Assembly (NCBI GenBank): GCA_963735805.1
Contig: CAVTMK010000002.1
Coordinates: 1,504,001-1,568,000, forward strand
Direction: 5' to 3'
DNA from: an uncultured Verrucomicrobiae bacterium
GTDB lineage: Bacteria; Verrucomicrobiota; Verrucomicrobiia; Chthoniobacterales; UBA10450
DNA: 64,000 bases
Position numbers and translations under genes: made by a program. Shown here piece by piece: positions 38,369 to 48,500 of the stretch (position 1 is the first letter of the stretch; each line of letters opens with the position of its first letter). The notes below the pieces were generated by a model. That model did no database searches and was not told the DNA's origin. It saw only the letters and a list, made by a program, of their open reading frames with translations.

Positions 38369-40177
38369 TCAACGATTCTCCTCAATCACCTGTCTCAAAT
38401 ACTCCGGCATCTCCGGCAGCGACTCCAAACGAATCTGCATTGAACCGTCCGATGCTTTCGAGATGATCGTGTTCACTTTGGCAAACCGCTCGTCCTTGTC
38501 CGGATAATCTTCCCGGAATTGCGCGCCGCGACTTTCCTTTCGTTCCAGAGCGGCGAGGGCGATCGCTTCGGAAACTGTCAGCAGATTCTTCAAATCGAGC
38601 GCGGTGTGCCAACCTGGATTGTATTCGCGATTGCCGGTGATCGCGGCTCCTTCGGCGCGCCTTTTGATCTGGCTGATCTTCTCCAAAGCTGCCCGCATTT
38701 CGTTTTCCGTACGCACGATTCCGACCAAATCCTGCATGGCGTTTTGCAAATCTTTTTGCACTTGATAAGGACTTTCGCCGCCGCTTCGCTCGAATGGAAT
38801 GAGCGCTTCACGCGCAGCGCTTTCCACTTTGCCGTTATCGATATTGCCTAACGAATTTTCTCTCGCGAATTTTGCAGCGAATTCACCGGCACGTTTTCCA
38901 AAAACCAAAAGATCCGAGAGCGAATTGCCGCCCAGGCGGTTGGCGCCGTTAATTCCAGCGGCGCATTCGCCTGCGGCAAACAGTCCGCGTACGCGCGACA
39001 TCTGGGTGTCAGGGTCAACCTGAATACCGCCCATGATGTAATGGGTCGTCGGGCCAACTTCCATGGGTTGCTCGGTGATATCGATGTCGGCCAGTTGCTT
39101 GAACTGGTGATACATGCTCGGCAGTTTGCGCTTAATATGTTCGGCTGCATTCGGCAGCTTTTGTTTGATCCAGGAAATATCGAGATAAACGCCGCCATGG
39201 GGGCTTCCCCTGCCCTCTTTGATTTCTCGCACGATGCAGCGTGAGACATGGTCGCGGGTCAGGAGTTCTGGCGGCCGCCTTGCGTCTTTATCGCCCTGAC
39301 AATAACGCCAGCCTTCTTCTTCGTTGTCCGCAGTTTGAGAGCGGTAATTCTCAGGAATCGCGTCGAACATGAAACGGCGACCATCCTTATTCGTCAGGAT
39401 CCCGCCTTCACCGCGTACACCTTCGGTTACCAAAATTCCCATCACACTGGGCGGCCACACCATTCCGGTGGGATGAAACTGCACGAATTCCATGTCGATC
39501 AGATCTGCGCCTGCGTCGTAGGCCAGCGCGTGACCGTCGCCAGTGTATTCCCAACTGTTACTGGTAATTTTGTACGCTCTCCCAATTCCGCCAGTAGCCA
39601 GCACCACAGCTTTGGCCCGGAAAATTTTGAACCGCCCGCGTTCGCGTTCGTAACCAAATGCTCCGACAACGCGGTCGCCGTCTTTGAGGAGCGAAAGAAT
39701 CGTGTGCTCCATGTAGACATCGATACCGCGATGCACACCGTGATCCTGCAGAGTGCGGATCATTTCCAAGCCCGTGCGATCGCCGACGTGCGCAAGACGC
39801 GGATACTTGTGCCCGCCGAAATGTCTCTGCAGAATTCGTCCGTCTTTAGTACGATCGAACACGGCGCCCCATGCTTCGAGCTCTCGGACGCGATCGGGCG
39901 CTTCTTTCGCGTGTAACTCGGCCATGCGCCACTGATTCACATATTGGCCGCCGCGCATCGTGTCGGCGAAATGCACCTTCCAGTTGTCCCGTTCGTCGAC
40001 ATTCGCCAGCGCCGCGGCGATGCCGCCTTCAGCCATTACCGTGTGCGCTTTTCCTAACAAAGATTTGCAAACAAGACCAACGCGCGCTCCCGCAGCTGAA
40101 GCTTCTATCGCCGCCCGCAGACCCGCGCCCCCAGCGCCGATGACCAGAACATCGTGTTCATGCGTTTCATATTCCAT
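38369..40177 (-). CDS. sdhA: Succinate dehydrogenase/fumarate reductase flavoprotein
   Basis: GAGGAG, AHTVMAEGG FAD site, QFHPT, TEGVRGEG, GANRLGGNSL. Confidence 0.96.
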   Translation of the reverse strand: MEYETHEHDVLVIGAGGAGLRAAIEASAAGARVGLVCKSLLGKAHTVMAEGGIAAALANVDERDNWKVHFADTMRGGQYVNQWRMAELHAKEAPDRVRELEAWGAVFDRTKDGRILQRHFGGHKYPRLAHVGDRTGLEMIRTLQDHGVHRGIDVYMEHTILSLLKDGDRVVGAFGYERERGRFKIFRAKAVVLATGGIGRAYKITSNSWEYTGDGHALAYDAGADLIDMEFVQFHPTGMVWPPSVMGILVTEGVRGEGGILTNKDGRRFMFDAIPENYRSQTADNEEEGWRYCQGDKDARRPPELLTRDHVSRCIVREIKEGRGSPHGGVYLDISWIKQKLPNAAEHIKRKLPSMYHQFKQLADIDITEQPMEVGPTTHYIMGGIQVDPDTQMSRVRGLFAAGECAAGINGANRLGGNSLSDLLVFGKRAGEFAAKFARENSLGNIDNGKVESAAREALIPFERSGGESPYQVQKDLQNAMQDLVGIVRTENEMRAALEKISQIKRRAEGAAITGNREYNPGWHTALDLKNLLTVSEAIALAALERKESRGAQFREDYPDKDERFAKVNTIISKASDGSMQIRLESLPEMPEYLRQVIEENR

Positions 40178-40179
40178 AG

Positions 40180-40686
40180 TCAGGGTGCCGCCCGCGTGCG
40201 ATTCGAGAATCTCGGGATCCAGCGATTCACCAATTCCTTGTACGCGAAATAATTTTCGCCGAATCGCGTCTCCAGTCCGGGCTCTTCGATGAAAACGACA
40301 TACAAATGGAACAAGACGAATATCACAACTGCAAAAAGCAGCATCGCCAGCGACTGTCGATAGAGACCGAATCCCATCAGCATTATGAACCCTCCGATGT
40401 ACATTGGATTGCGAACGAATTTGTATGGCCCCACGGCGACAAATTTACGAGGCGGATCGAAGATGGCCGGCGTGCCTCGTCCACGCAAAACAAAGACCCC
40501 GGCACACGCGAATACGATCACCGCGCCGATGGTGCCAACGAGAACTCCAACTGCTGTGGTCCACCCTGGGAGCGGAATTCTCAAACGTTCGTCCAACGGC
40601 TGAACACGCGATGCCAACCACCCGAAGACCAGAATAAACCCCGCCATGTAGCACAGCGTTCGGAACGCAACGAAAACAGCTGCCAT
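40180..40686 (-). CDS. ICMT/PEMT-family membrane methyltransferase
   Basis: GRGTPA..DPP, GPYKFVRNPMY, EEPGL..RFG..Y..Y...V.RWIPR. Confidence 0.85.
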   Translation of the reverse strand: MAAVFVAFRTLCYMAGFILVFGWLASRVQPLDERLRIPLPGWTTAVGVLVGTIGAVIVFACAGVFVLRGRGTPAIFDPPRKFVAVGPYKFVRNPMYIGGFIMLMGFGLYRQSLAMLLFAVVIFVLFHLYVVFIEEPGLETRFGENYFAYKELVNRWIPRFSNRTRAAP

Positions 40687-40687
40687 G

Positions 40688-41471
40688 TCAGATGATTCGC
40701 CAATCTGTCCAAACGCCGGTCGCACACAGGCGCACGTAAAGATCGGAAAAGCCGACCCAGAACAGGCTGAGCCACGCCCACAGCATGTGGCGACGGTTGA
40801 AACAACTGACGCACGCGTAAGCGCGATAGCACGTTGGCGATTTCGAAAATTGGTCCAGGAAACCACCGGCCAAATGCCGCAGGGAATGGCAACCAAAAGT
40901 ATAGCCGGCGAGCAACACGACATTGATTGCGAGAACGATTGTGCCGACGCCAATTCCAAATCCATCCGGAAACCACAGCGCCTTCCAAACATCGTAGGCT
41001 AGGACCACCAGGAACAGGCATGCGAGGTAGAGAAAGTAGCGATGAACATTTTGCATGATGAGCGGAAAAGAACGCTCACCCCAATAGCTTTGGCGCGGCT
41101 CGCCCACAGTGCATGCCGGCGGATCAGCCCAGAATGCTTTGTAGTAGGCGCCGCGATAATAATAACATGTGAGCCGGAATCCGCCCGGAGCCCAAAGAAC
41201 AAGCAGTGCAGGGGAAAAAATTAGCCAGACCGGCCACCAGACTGGGTTTCGGCCCGAACCAGCTATGCGGAGAATCCCCCACAATCTCAGGCGAATAAAA
41301 TGGCGAGATGTAATTGCCAAAAAAATAATTCTGCCCCTGAAAAGCGGCCCACGTGGAATAGACGACGAAAATCGATAAACCGATAAACACAAGGATCGGT
41401 TGGGTCCACCAGACATCAGCTCGCATGGTCTCCCCGAATGAGCGGCGTGGCAGTGTTGTTGTGCCATTCAT
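40688..41471 (-). pseudogene. Sdh membrane anchor subunit, split by a 1-nt frameshift near 41245 (or sequencing error)
   Basis: N-part (WWTQP..TM..YISPFYSP) and C-part (FRLTCYYYRGAYY, QNVHRYF, GCHSLRH) are in different frames. Confidence 0.75.
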
Positions 41472-42871
41472 TTGTTGTCTGCTCCTTCGACCGGCAGCCC
41501 CGCCTTCTTCCATGCTTCCCAGCTGCCAGGAACATTCCAAAGATCGGTGAATCCTAGCGGTCTGAGAATACTGGTGGCGATGCTGGCACGATATCCACTA
41601 CCGCAATAAACGGCGGTCGGCTTATTGCGGTCGAGTTCGGCGATACGTTTGGTAAGTTCCGGCAGGAAAATGTGCTGCGCGCACGGCACGTGTCCCTTCT
41701 TCCATTCGCCGGGTGACCGCACATCGACAATCTGCAACGAGGCCTTTCGCTCATTCAGCTCGTGCACGCTCATCTGGCCGATTCTTTCCAGCGGGAACCC
41801 CTCAGCGTCCCATGCTTTCATTCCACCGATCAGGTAGCCGGCGAATTTTGTGTACCCAGTACGGACGAACAGCCGCACGATTCTTTCAAGATCATCATCG
41901 CTCTCCATGACCAGAAGGATTGGCTTTTCAGGATCGAGCATCCAGCCAGCCCAGATAGAGAGAATGGGCGTCCCGCCAATGTTGAGTGCGCCGGCGATGT
42001 GACCGCCGCCAAATGCCAGCATCGTGCGCACATCAACCAGAACTCCAGCCTTCTTTTCGATTGCTTCCTTGAATGCCTTGGGTGGAAGACCGGGAACCCG
42101 CGGAAGATTCCCAAGAACTTTTGGTCCCTCCGCGTTCACTTTTTTCATGAGCGGATAATAACGCGGGACCGGTGGCGCACTCTCGATTGCGTAGTCGGTG
42201 AAACTTTTTGCGTCAGCGAATTGCAAGAATTTATTGAACTTTCGCTCGTAACCAATCGTGCTGCTCAGTCTCGCTCCGATGTCGGCTCCACAGGGAGAAC
42301 CCGCGCCGTGATTGGGATAGATCATCACGTGATCAGGCAGCTTCAAATAGAAGTCGTGCAATGTGTGGAACTGTTTTTCGGCGAGCTCCTTTGTGTGTTT
42401 CTCGCCTAACAAGTCCGGACGACCAGCGGACGAAACGAAGAGCGAATCACCGGTGAGTATTGCCCATGGCTCGTCCGGATGATCTGACTCGGACAGCAAA
42501 TAACACATGTGCTCCGGCGTATGCCCCGGCGTGTGCCGCGCCGTGACGAGCACTTCGCCAAATGTGAAGCGGTCGCCATCTTTTATTTTTTCAGGGCTAA
42601 AGCCGTACTCAGCGCCGCCTTCGCCGCTGGCATAAATCTTCGCCGATTCGAGCCGGGCACAAAGCTCGCGCGACCCGCTGACCAAATCGGCATGAATATG
42701 CGTCTCGAAGATATGGGTGATAGCGAGTCCTGCTTCGCGCGCCATCTCGACATAAACTTCGACATCGGCTCTGGGATCGAAAATTGCTCCCACTCCCTCG
42801 TCGTCGTCACCAAGCAGGTACGAGAGTTCGGCGATGCCTTCAGTCTGAATAGTCTTAAAAATGAGCGACAT
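41468..42871 (-). CDS. MBL-fold persulfide dioxygenase-like hydrolase fused to two rhodanese domains
   Basis: ETHIHAD, TPGHTPEH, GRPDL, PNHGAGSPCG, CGSGYRA. Confidence 0.9.
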   Translation of the reverse strand: MSLIFKTIQTEGIAELSYLLGDDDEGVGAIFDPRADVEVYVEMAREAGLAITHIFETHIHADLVSGSRELCARLESAKIYASGEGGAEYGFSPEKIKDGDRFTFGEVLVTARHTPGHTPEHMCYLLSESDHPDEPWAILTGDSLFVSSAGRPDLLGEKHTKELAEKQFHTLHDFYLKLPDHVMIYPNHGAGSPCGADIGARLSSTIGYERKFNKFLQFADAKSFTDYAIESAPPVPRYYPLMKKVNAEGPKVLGNLPRVPGLPPKAFKEAIEKKAGVLVDVRTMLAFGGGHIAGALNIGGTPILSIWAGWMLDPEKPILLVMESDDDLERIVRLFVRTGYTKFAGYLIGGMKAWDAEGFPLERIGQMSVHELNERKASLQIVDVRSPGEWKKGHVPCAQHIFLPELTKRIAELDRNKPTAVYCGSGYRASIATSILRPLGFTDLWNVPGSWEAWKKAGLPVEGADNK

Positions 42872-42926
42872 CGGCGAGATTTAACGCGAAGGCACGGCGA
42901 AACTCAACAAGATCGCGTGTAATCTT

Positions 42927-44003
42927 TCAGCGCACCTGAACAATAATCGGCAGCAGATGATTGATCATATAAGTACCACGGTCGTGATCGCGGCGTATTG
43001 GCTGGGTTCTGCCATCTGAGTCCGTTGCGCGTGCAATTAGGGTGACTTGTCCCGGATTGGATGGAGTGCGCCACTTAAATTCCCAAAGCCGCCACGCATT
43101 CGATTTGGATGCGCCAACCAGGCTCGCTTCGTTCCATGTTACTCCGCCATCTGTGCTGAGCTCGACTTTTGTGACTTCACCATCGCTTGTCCAGGCGGCG
43201 CCGTGAACGCAAACATTAGAATTTGCCGAGACGGTTTCACCCTGAGCTGGCTTCGCGATTTCCGCCTTGATTTGCATCTCGGCAACTGGAGTGAGTTCGC
43301 CGATCTCCCCTCGCCTCCGCCAGTACGCGTAATCGAGGGTCTGATAATAACCGGTGAACGGTTTGTCTGTGACAACAATGCGCTGCAACCATTTGACCGA
43401 CGCCATTGCGTACCATCCGGGCACAATGGCACGAACAGGAAAACCGTGTTGTGATGGAAGTTCGTTTCCATTCATTTTGTAAGCGAGTAAAACATCTGCA
43501 CGTGCTTTGCTCACCGGGATACTGCGCGCATATGTCAACTCACCCGGGGGACTTTTGGGATCGTCAAGCATACCGCAGTCCGCTCCCTGGAGAGCAACCT
43601 CGCATGCATTAGACCTAACAACGGCCCGATCAAGCAAGGCCGAGAGAGGCACACCGGTCCATTCAGCCGTGCCAACCGCACCCAGCCCCCATTGAACTCC
43701 TTTTACCTTCGGCTCGAGAAAATCCCTGTTGTTCCCGGCACACTCGAGTGTCACCGGAATCGTGCACGACTCTAGTTCGACCAGCTCCTCATAATTAATC
43801 GCGAACGGCTTTTCAACTTCGCCCTCCACATGTAGCCACCACGCGTCTCTGTCGATCTTCGGGATCGGAAAATGTGTTCGGATGTAGAATGATTCAGTCG
43901 GAGTAACGAACGCGTCGACGGTTTCAAACGGCATTTCCACGTTGAGGGGGGCTTCGCTGTGAACGATCCGGCCGTCAGGCAATTTGGTGGCGTTTTTTTC
44001 CAT
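42927..44003 (-). CDS. Sulfite oxidase family molybdoenzyme
   Basis: FYIRTH, LECAGN, HGFPVR..VPGWY..SVKWL, C-terminal dimerisation domain. Confidence 0.9.
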   Translation of the reverse strand: MEKNATKLPDGRIVHSEAPLNVEMPFETVDAFVTPTESFYIRTHFPIPKIDRDAWWLHVEGEVEKPFAINYEELVELESCTIPVTLECAGNNRDFLEPKVKGVQWGLGAVGTAEWTGVPLSALLDRAVVRSNACEVALQGADCGMLDDPKSPPGELTYARSIPVSKARADVLLAYKMNGNELPSQHGFPVRAIVPGWYAMASVKWLQRIVVTDKPFTGYYQTLDYAYWRRRGEIGELTPVAEMQIKAEIAKPAQGETVSANSNVCVHGAAWTSDGEVTKVELSTDGGVTWNEASLVGASKSNAWRLWEFKWRTPSNPGQVTLIARATDSDGRTQPIRRDHDRGTYMINHLLPIIVQVR

Positions 44004-44028
44004 GGGGTTCTGAGCTCACACCGCGATT

Positions 44029-45696
44029 CTAGTCACGCGGCTGAGGCTGCATCGGGATTTCGATGTGTTGTGCGGCGGCGAACTTAATGGCGTGCGAGTA
44101 ACCGGCGTCGACATGTCGAAGGACACCCATGCCAGGATCGCTCGTGAGAACGCGCTCGAGACGGTGTTTGGAATTATCGGTCCCGTCGGCAACGACAACC
44201 ATTCCGGCATGCTGCGAGAAACCGATGCCCACGCCTCCGCCATTGTGGATCGACACCCAGGATGCGCCTGCGGCAGTGTTAATCAGCGCGTTAAGCAGCG
44301 GCCAATCTGCGATCGCGTCGCTACCGTCGAGCATGCCTTCAGTTTCGCGATTGGGCGATGCGACCGAGCCGGCGTCCAGATGATCCCGCCCAATGACAAT
44401 CGGCGCTTTGATTTCGCCGCGCTTCACCAGTTCGTTCATGGCCAGGCCGAACTCGGCGCGTTCGCCGTATCCGAGCCAGCAGATCCGTGCGGGCAATCCT
44501 TGAAATTGAATTCGCTCACGCGCAAGCTTCATCCATCGAGAAAGTGTTTGGTTTTTCGGAAATAATTCGAGGGCCAGTTTGTCAGTGCGCGCAATATCAT
44601 TAGCATCACCGCTCAATGCGACCCAGCGAAACGGGCCACGTCCTTCACAAAATAACGGGCGAATGTAATCGAGAACGAATCCTGGAATATCGAACGCGTT
44701 TTTGACTCCGGCTTTTTTTGCCTGCGCGCGAATGTTATTTCCATAATCGAACGTCACGGCACCTTTCTTTTTCAGCGCGAGCATCGCCTCCACATGTAGC
44801 GCCATCGATTGCATGGCTCGCTCGATGTATTCGTCTGGATCTTTCTTGCGTAAGCTGAGCGCATCTTCCAGCGACATCCCATTAGGCACATAACCGTTCA
44901 ACGCGTCGTGCGCGCTGGTTTGGTCGGTAAGAACGTCGGGCACCACTCCGCGCTTCACAATTTCAGGCAAAACATCGGCACAATTGCCCACCAGCCCTAC
45001 GGAGAGTGACCGTCCATCTTTGCGCGCCTGGTCGATCAACTTGAGCGCCTCGTCGAGCGAGCGCGCAATCTTATCGCAGTATCCGCTTTTCAATCTCTTC
45101 TCGATCCGCGCAGGATCCACCTCTACTCCGAGAAAGACTGCGCCGTTCATGGTCGCGGCGAGCGGTTGTGCGCCGCCCATTCCGCCGAGCCCACCTGTTA
45201 ATACGAATTTTCCTTCAAGCGATCCACCGAAATGTTTGCGCCCCGCAGCGGCGAATGTTTCGAACGTTCCCTGCACAATTCCCTGACTGCCGATATAAAT
45301 CCAGGAACCGGCGGTCATCTGTCCGTACATGGTCAGGCCAAGCCTCTCGAGACGATTGAACTCAGCGTAATTGTTCCATTGGCCGACGAGATTGGAATTG
45401 GCGATAAGAACACGTGGTGCTTCATCGTGCGTCTTGAACCTGCCTACTGGTTTCCCCGACTGGACAAGAAGTGTCTCGTCGTTTTCGAGTTCACCCAGCA
45501 AACGAATAATTGCATCGAAAGCTTCCCAACTTCTTGCCGCGCGCCCCGTTCCACCGTAAACAACGAGCCGATCAGGATCTTCGGCGACGTCGGGATCGAG
45601 ATTGTTCATTAACATCCGCATCGCAGCTTCCTGATGCCAACCTTTACAACTGCGCTCTGGACCGCGCGGCGCGTGGACAATCCTTTTTCCGCTCAT
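44029..45696 (-). CDS. hutU: Urocanate hydratase
   Basis: [44 protein letters not shown]. Confidence 0.97.
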   Translation of the reverse strand: MSGKRIVHAPRGPERSCKGWHQEAAMRMLMNNLDPDVAEDPDRLVVYGGTGRAARSWEAFDAIIRLLGELENDETLLVQSGKPVGRFKTHDEAPRVLIANSNLVGQWNNYAEFNRLERLGLTMYGQMTAGSWIYIGSQGIVQGTFETFAAAGRKHFGGSLEGKFVLTGGLGGMGGAQPLAATMNGAVFLGVEVDPARIEKRLKSGYCDKIARSLDEALKLIDQARKDGRSLSVGLVGNCADVLPEIVKRGVVPDVLTDQTSAHDALNGYVPNGMSLEDALSLRKKDPDEYIERAMQSMALHVEAMLALKKKGAVTFDYGNNIRAQAKKAGVKNAFDIPGFVLDYIRPLFCEGRGPFRWVALSGDANDIARTDKLALELFPKNQTLSRWMKLARERIQFQGLPARICWLGYGERAEFGLAMNELVKRGEIKAPIVIGRDHLDAGSVASPNRETEGMLDGSDAIADWPLLNALINTAAGASWVSIHNGGGVGIGFSQHAGMVVVADGTDNSKHRLERVLTSDPGMGVLRHVDAGYSHAIKFAAAQHIEIPMQPQPRD

Positions 45697-47204
45697 AATG
45701 CTTCGTCTCCAGTATCAAAATCGCCACGACGAATCGCTTCGGCAACCCGAGCGATATCGTTCGCGAGTGGCCGATCCTTTGTCAGCGGGCGGGACAGTTT
45801 GCGAACAATTGTAAAAGCGCGTTCGACGCCCGCGCCGCTTTTCAACGGGCGACGATGTTCAAGGCCTTCGGCACCGGCAAGTAATTCGATTGCCAGCAAG
45901 TTTTCCGCCAGATCGATAATCGATCGCAATTTCAATGCGCTCGTCATTCCCATGGAAACGTGATCTTCTTTTCCGCCCGAAGTTGTGATGTTGTCAACGC
46001 TTGCCGGGTGCGCAAGCACGCGCGCTTCATTGACCAGAGCCGCGGCGGCGACATGCGCGATCATGAACCCGGATTCGAGACCCGGTCGCCGGGCAAGAAA
46101 TGCGGGAAGGCCTTCGCTTTTATCGGGATTAACCAGCCGGTCCGTTCGGCGTTCGCTCATGCTCATCAGATCGGCAATTGCAATCGCCGCGTAATCGAAT
46201 GCAAAAGCCAGCGGCGCACCGTGAAAATTGCCGCCGGAAATGACATCCCCACTTTCAGCAAACACGAGTGGATTATCGGTCGCCGACGCGGATTCAATTA
46301 ACAACACATCTTCGCAATGTGACAGCGCACCGCGCACAGCACCGTGGACCTGCGGCATGCAGCGCAGGCTGTACGCGTCCTGGACACGAGGATCGTCGTT
46401 TAGGTGCGATTGACGAATTTCGCTTCCCTCGAGAAGCGTGAGCAAATGCTTCGCCGCTGCTATTTGTCCAGACTGTGGCCGGGCGTCCTGTAAACGAGCA
46501 TCAAATGCCGCAGGAGTGCCTTTGAGTGCTTCGAGACTCATGGCACCTGAAACGTCCGCAAGACGCGAAACCCGTTTCGCGCGAAGAAGTGCAAGGCCGC
46601 CTACCGCGTGCATTGCTTGAGTGCCGTTTAATAGCGCGAGGCCCTCCTTCGCTCCCAACTGTGCGGGTTTTAATTTCGCGCGACGCAACGCTTCACCGCT
46701 TTCCATTCTTTCTCCATCAAGAAACGCTTCGCCTTCTCCGATCAACGTGAGTGCCAGATGCGCCAGGGGCGCCAGATCCCCGCTCGCGCCGACTGAGCCT
46801 TTTTCTGGAACCACCGGATGCACCTGGCGATTCAGCATCTCGCAGATCATTTCAATGATCTCCGGGCGAATGCCGCTGAAGCCGAGCGACAACACATTAC
46901 CGCGCAGCAACATCATGGCGCGGACTTCGGGCTCCGAAAGGGGCTGACCGATTCCACAGGCATGGCTGCGAACAAGGTTCAGCTGGAGTTCGCTCAACGC
47001 GTCGCGCGGGATGCGAACATCAGAGAGTTTGCCGAAGCCGGTGGTGACGCCGTAAACCACCGCATCACGCTTAATGATTTCTTCGACAACTTTGCGCGAG
47101 GCCAGAATTCGCGGTCGCGCGAGATCGGAAACCTTAACTGTTTCTCCACCGAGCGACACGCTGGCGATGTCGGAGAGTGCCAAGGCCTGGCCGTTTAATT
47201 CCAT
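45693..47204 (-). CDS. hutH: Histidine ammonia-lyase
   Basis: [20 protein letters not shown] (MIO), [21 protein letters not shown]. Confidence 0.97.
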   Translation of the reverse strand: MELNGQALALSDIASVSLGGETVKVSDLARPRILASRKVVEEIIKRDAVVYGVTTGFGKLSDVRIPRDALSELQLNLVRSHACGIGQPLSEPEVRAMMLLRGNVLSLGFSGIRPEIIEMICEMLNRQVHPVVPEKGSVGASGDLAPLAHLALTLIGEGEAFLDGERMESGEALRRAKLKPAQLGAKEGLALLNGTQAMHAVGGLALLRAKRVSRLADVSGAMSLEALKGTPAAFDARLQDARPQSGQIAAAKHLLTLLEGSEIRQSHLNDDPRVQDAYSLRCMPQVHGAVRGALSHCEDVLLIESASATDNPLVFAESGDVISGGNFHGAPLAFAFDYAAIAIADLMSMSERRTDRLVNPDKSEGLPAFLARRPGLESGFMIAHVAAAALVNEARVLAHPASVDNITTSGGKEDHVSMGMTSALKLRSIIDLAENLLAIELLAGAEGLEHRRPLKSGAGVERAFTIVRKLSRPLTKDRPLANDIARVAEAIRRGDFDTGDEAL

Positions 47205-47297
47205 TCGCGCAGCTTAGCGGGAAAACGAGAAGATGAAAAGCCGACGGGTCATGAGTCACACACGTCCGATGCATCGGATAAACGCATCAAATCCGGG

Positions 47298-47332
47298 AAA
47301 GAAAAAGGCCAGGTCGAAACACGACCTGGCCT
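47298..47332 (-). terminator. Rho-independent terminator after tandem lipopeptide genes
   Basis: AGGCCAGGTCG-N5-CGACCTGGCCT 11-bp stem then T-run on minus strand. Confidence 0.8.
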
Positions 47333-47373
47333 CTTGGGCGAAACCGCCCACAATAAACAACCAGCCGCCAGAC

Positions 47374-47484
47374 TTATTTCTTGGCTGTCGGAGGTGGAGG
47401 CGCTTCCCTCGTTTGCGCACAGGCCCCGAGCCCTAAAGCACTGGCCATTACGACCGCGATCATGATCACTTTCAAAAATTTCAA
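47374..47484 (-). CDS. 36-aa micro-lipoprotein (not in ORF track)
   Basis: TTG start after AAAGGAGG; MKFLKVIMIAVVMASALGLGACAQTREAPPPPTAKK; lipobox LGAC. Confidence 0.75.
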   Translation of the reverse strand: MKFLKVIMIAVVMASALGLGACAQTREAPPPPTAKK

Positions 47485-47596
47485 TTAATATCGCCTCCTT
47501 TCGCAGCAGGTTGCTCCGGTCTGTTTAGACAGGGAACAACCGGGAGGCAATGCTTTTCTCAACTTTTTTGAAACGTGTCACAACCGGGCACCAGAC

Positions 47597-47719
47597 TTAT
47601 TTTGAGTAGCCGGTCGTGCCCGCGCCCGTCGTCACTGTCTCTTTGTGTTGAGCACAAGCACCAAAACTCAAAGCAGTGGCTAAAACAGCCACGATCATGA
47701 TCAGTCTTAAAAATTTCAA
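47597..47719 (-). CDS. 40-aa micro-lipoprotein, paralog of 47374-47484
   Basis: TTG start after AAAGGAGG; MKFLRLIMIVAVLATALSFGACAQHKETVTTGAGTTGYSK; lipobox FGAC. Confidence 0.75.
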   Translation of the reverse strand: MKFLRLIMIVAVLATALSFGACAQHKETVTTGAGTTGYSK

Positions 47720-47888
47720 TATATCTCGCCTCCTTTCGCAGCAGGTTGCTCCGGTCTGTTTAGGCAGGGAACTATAGGGAAGCAACGTTTTTCTCGCGTT
47801 TTTTGGATGTGTCGGCCGGATAAATCGCGGCCTGGACCCGGTTTAAGAAGCCCCAGCGTTGCAGACGGTTAACGGCACGAAGCGCGAT

Positions 47889-48338
47889 CTATTCTTCAAT
47901 GATCACGGGCGTGTCATGCTCCACCAGGTCGAAAAGCTCCACGACATCCGCGTTGCGCATCCGAATGCAGCCACAACTGTCGGGACTGCCAATTTTGCCC
48001 TCATGTTTTGTGCCATGGATGTAAATAAAGCGCTCGCGCGTGTTGGCATTCTGCTCGTCCAATCCGTCCAGCCATAAAATACGTGACATCACCAGGTCCT
48101 CAGTCGGCGGAAGCGGATCACCAGGCTTGAGCGCCACGCGGCTTCGAAAAATTGTTTCAGCAGGCATGTCGCCTCCGATCTTCTCCGCTACGCGAAAGCG
48201 GCCGATCGGCGTCTTGAAACTTCCCTGCTCTGTACCGATACCGAATCGCGAAGTGGAAACCGGATAAGTGCGGATCGGCGTCGAACCGTCCTTGAGAGTG
48301 AGGAGCTGATCCCGAATGGAAACGTGTATGTTTTTCAT
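47889..48338 (-). CDS. L,D-transpeptidase (YkuD) domain protein
   Basis: YPVST, TP.G.F, IYIHGT...SCGCIRM. Confidence 0.88.
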   Translation of the reverse strand: MKNIHVSIRDQLLTLKDGSTPIRTYPVSTSRFGIGTEQGSFKTPIGRFRVAEKIGGDMPAETIFRSRVALKPGDPLPPTEDLVMSRILWLDGLDEQNANTRERFIYIHGTKHEGKIGSPDSCGCIRMRNADVVELFDLVEHDTPVIIEE

Positions 48339-48500
48339 TTCAGCTTTCAGTCAGGGGACCACTTAATTGTTACGTATAACACCGAATCGTTCTTGGGACG
48401 CGGAACAGGCGATGCTCCTTCTGCTCACAACCTGCTCTCCCACTCGAGAGCGTCGTTTCCTTGTTGCTTTGCATAAGTTGAACGCAGCGATAAAATTCGC

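Noticed and set aside
40687..40992. N-terminal extension of the 270-aa ORF 40180-40992
   Set aside because: Overlaps the Sdh anchor in another frame; real start likely ATG at 40686
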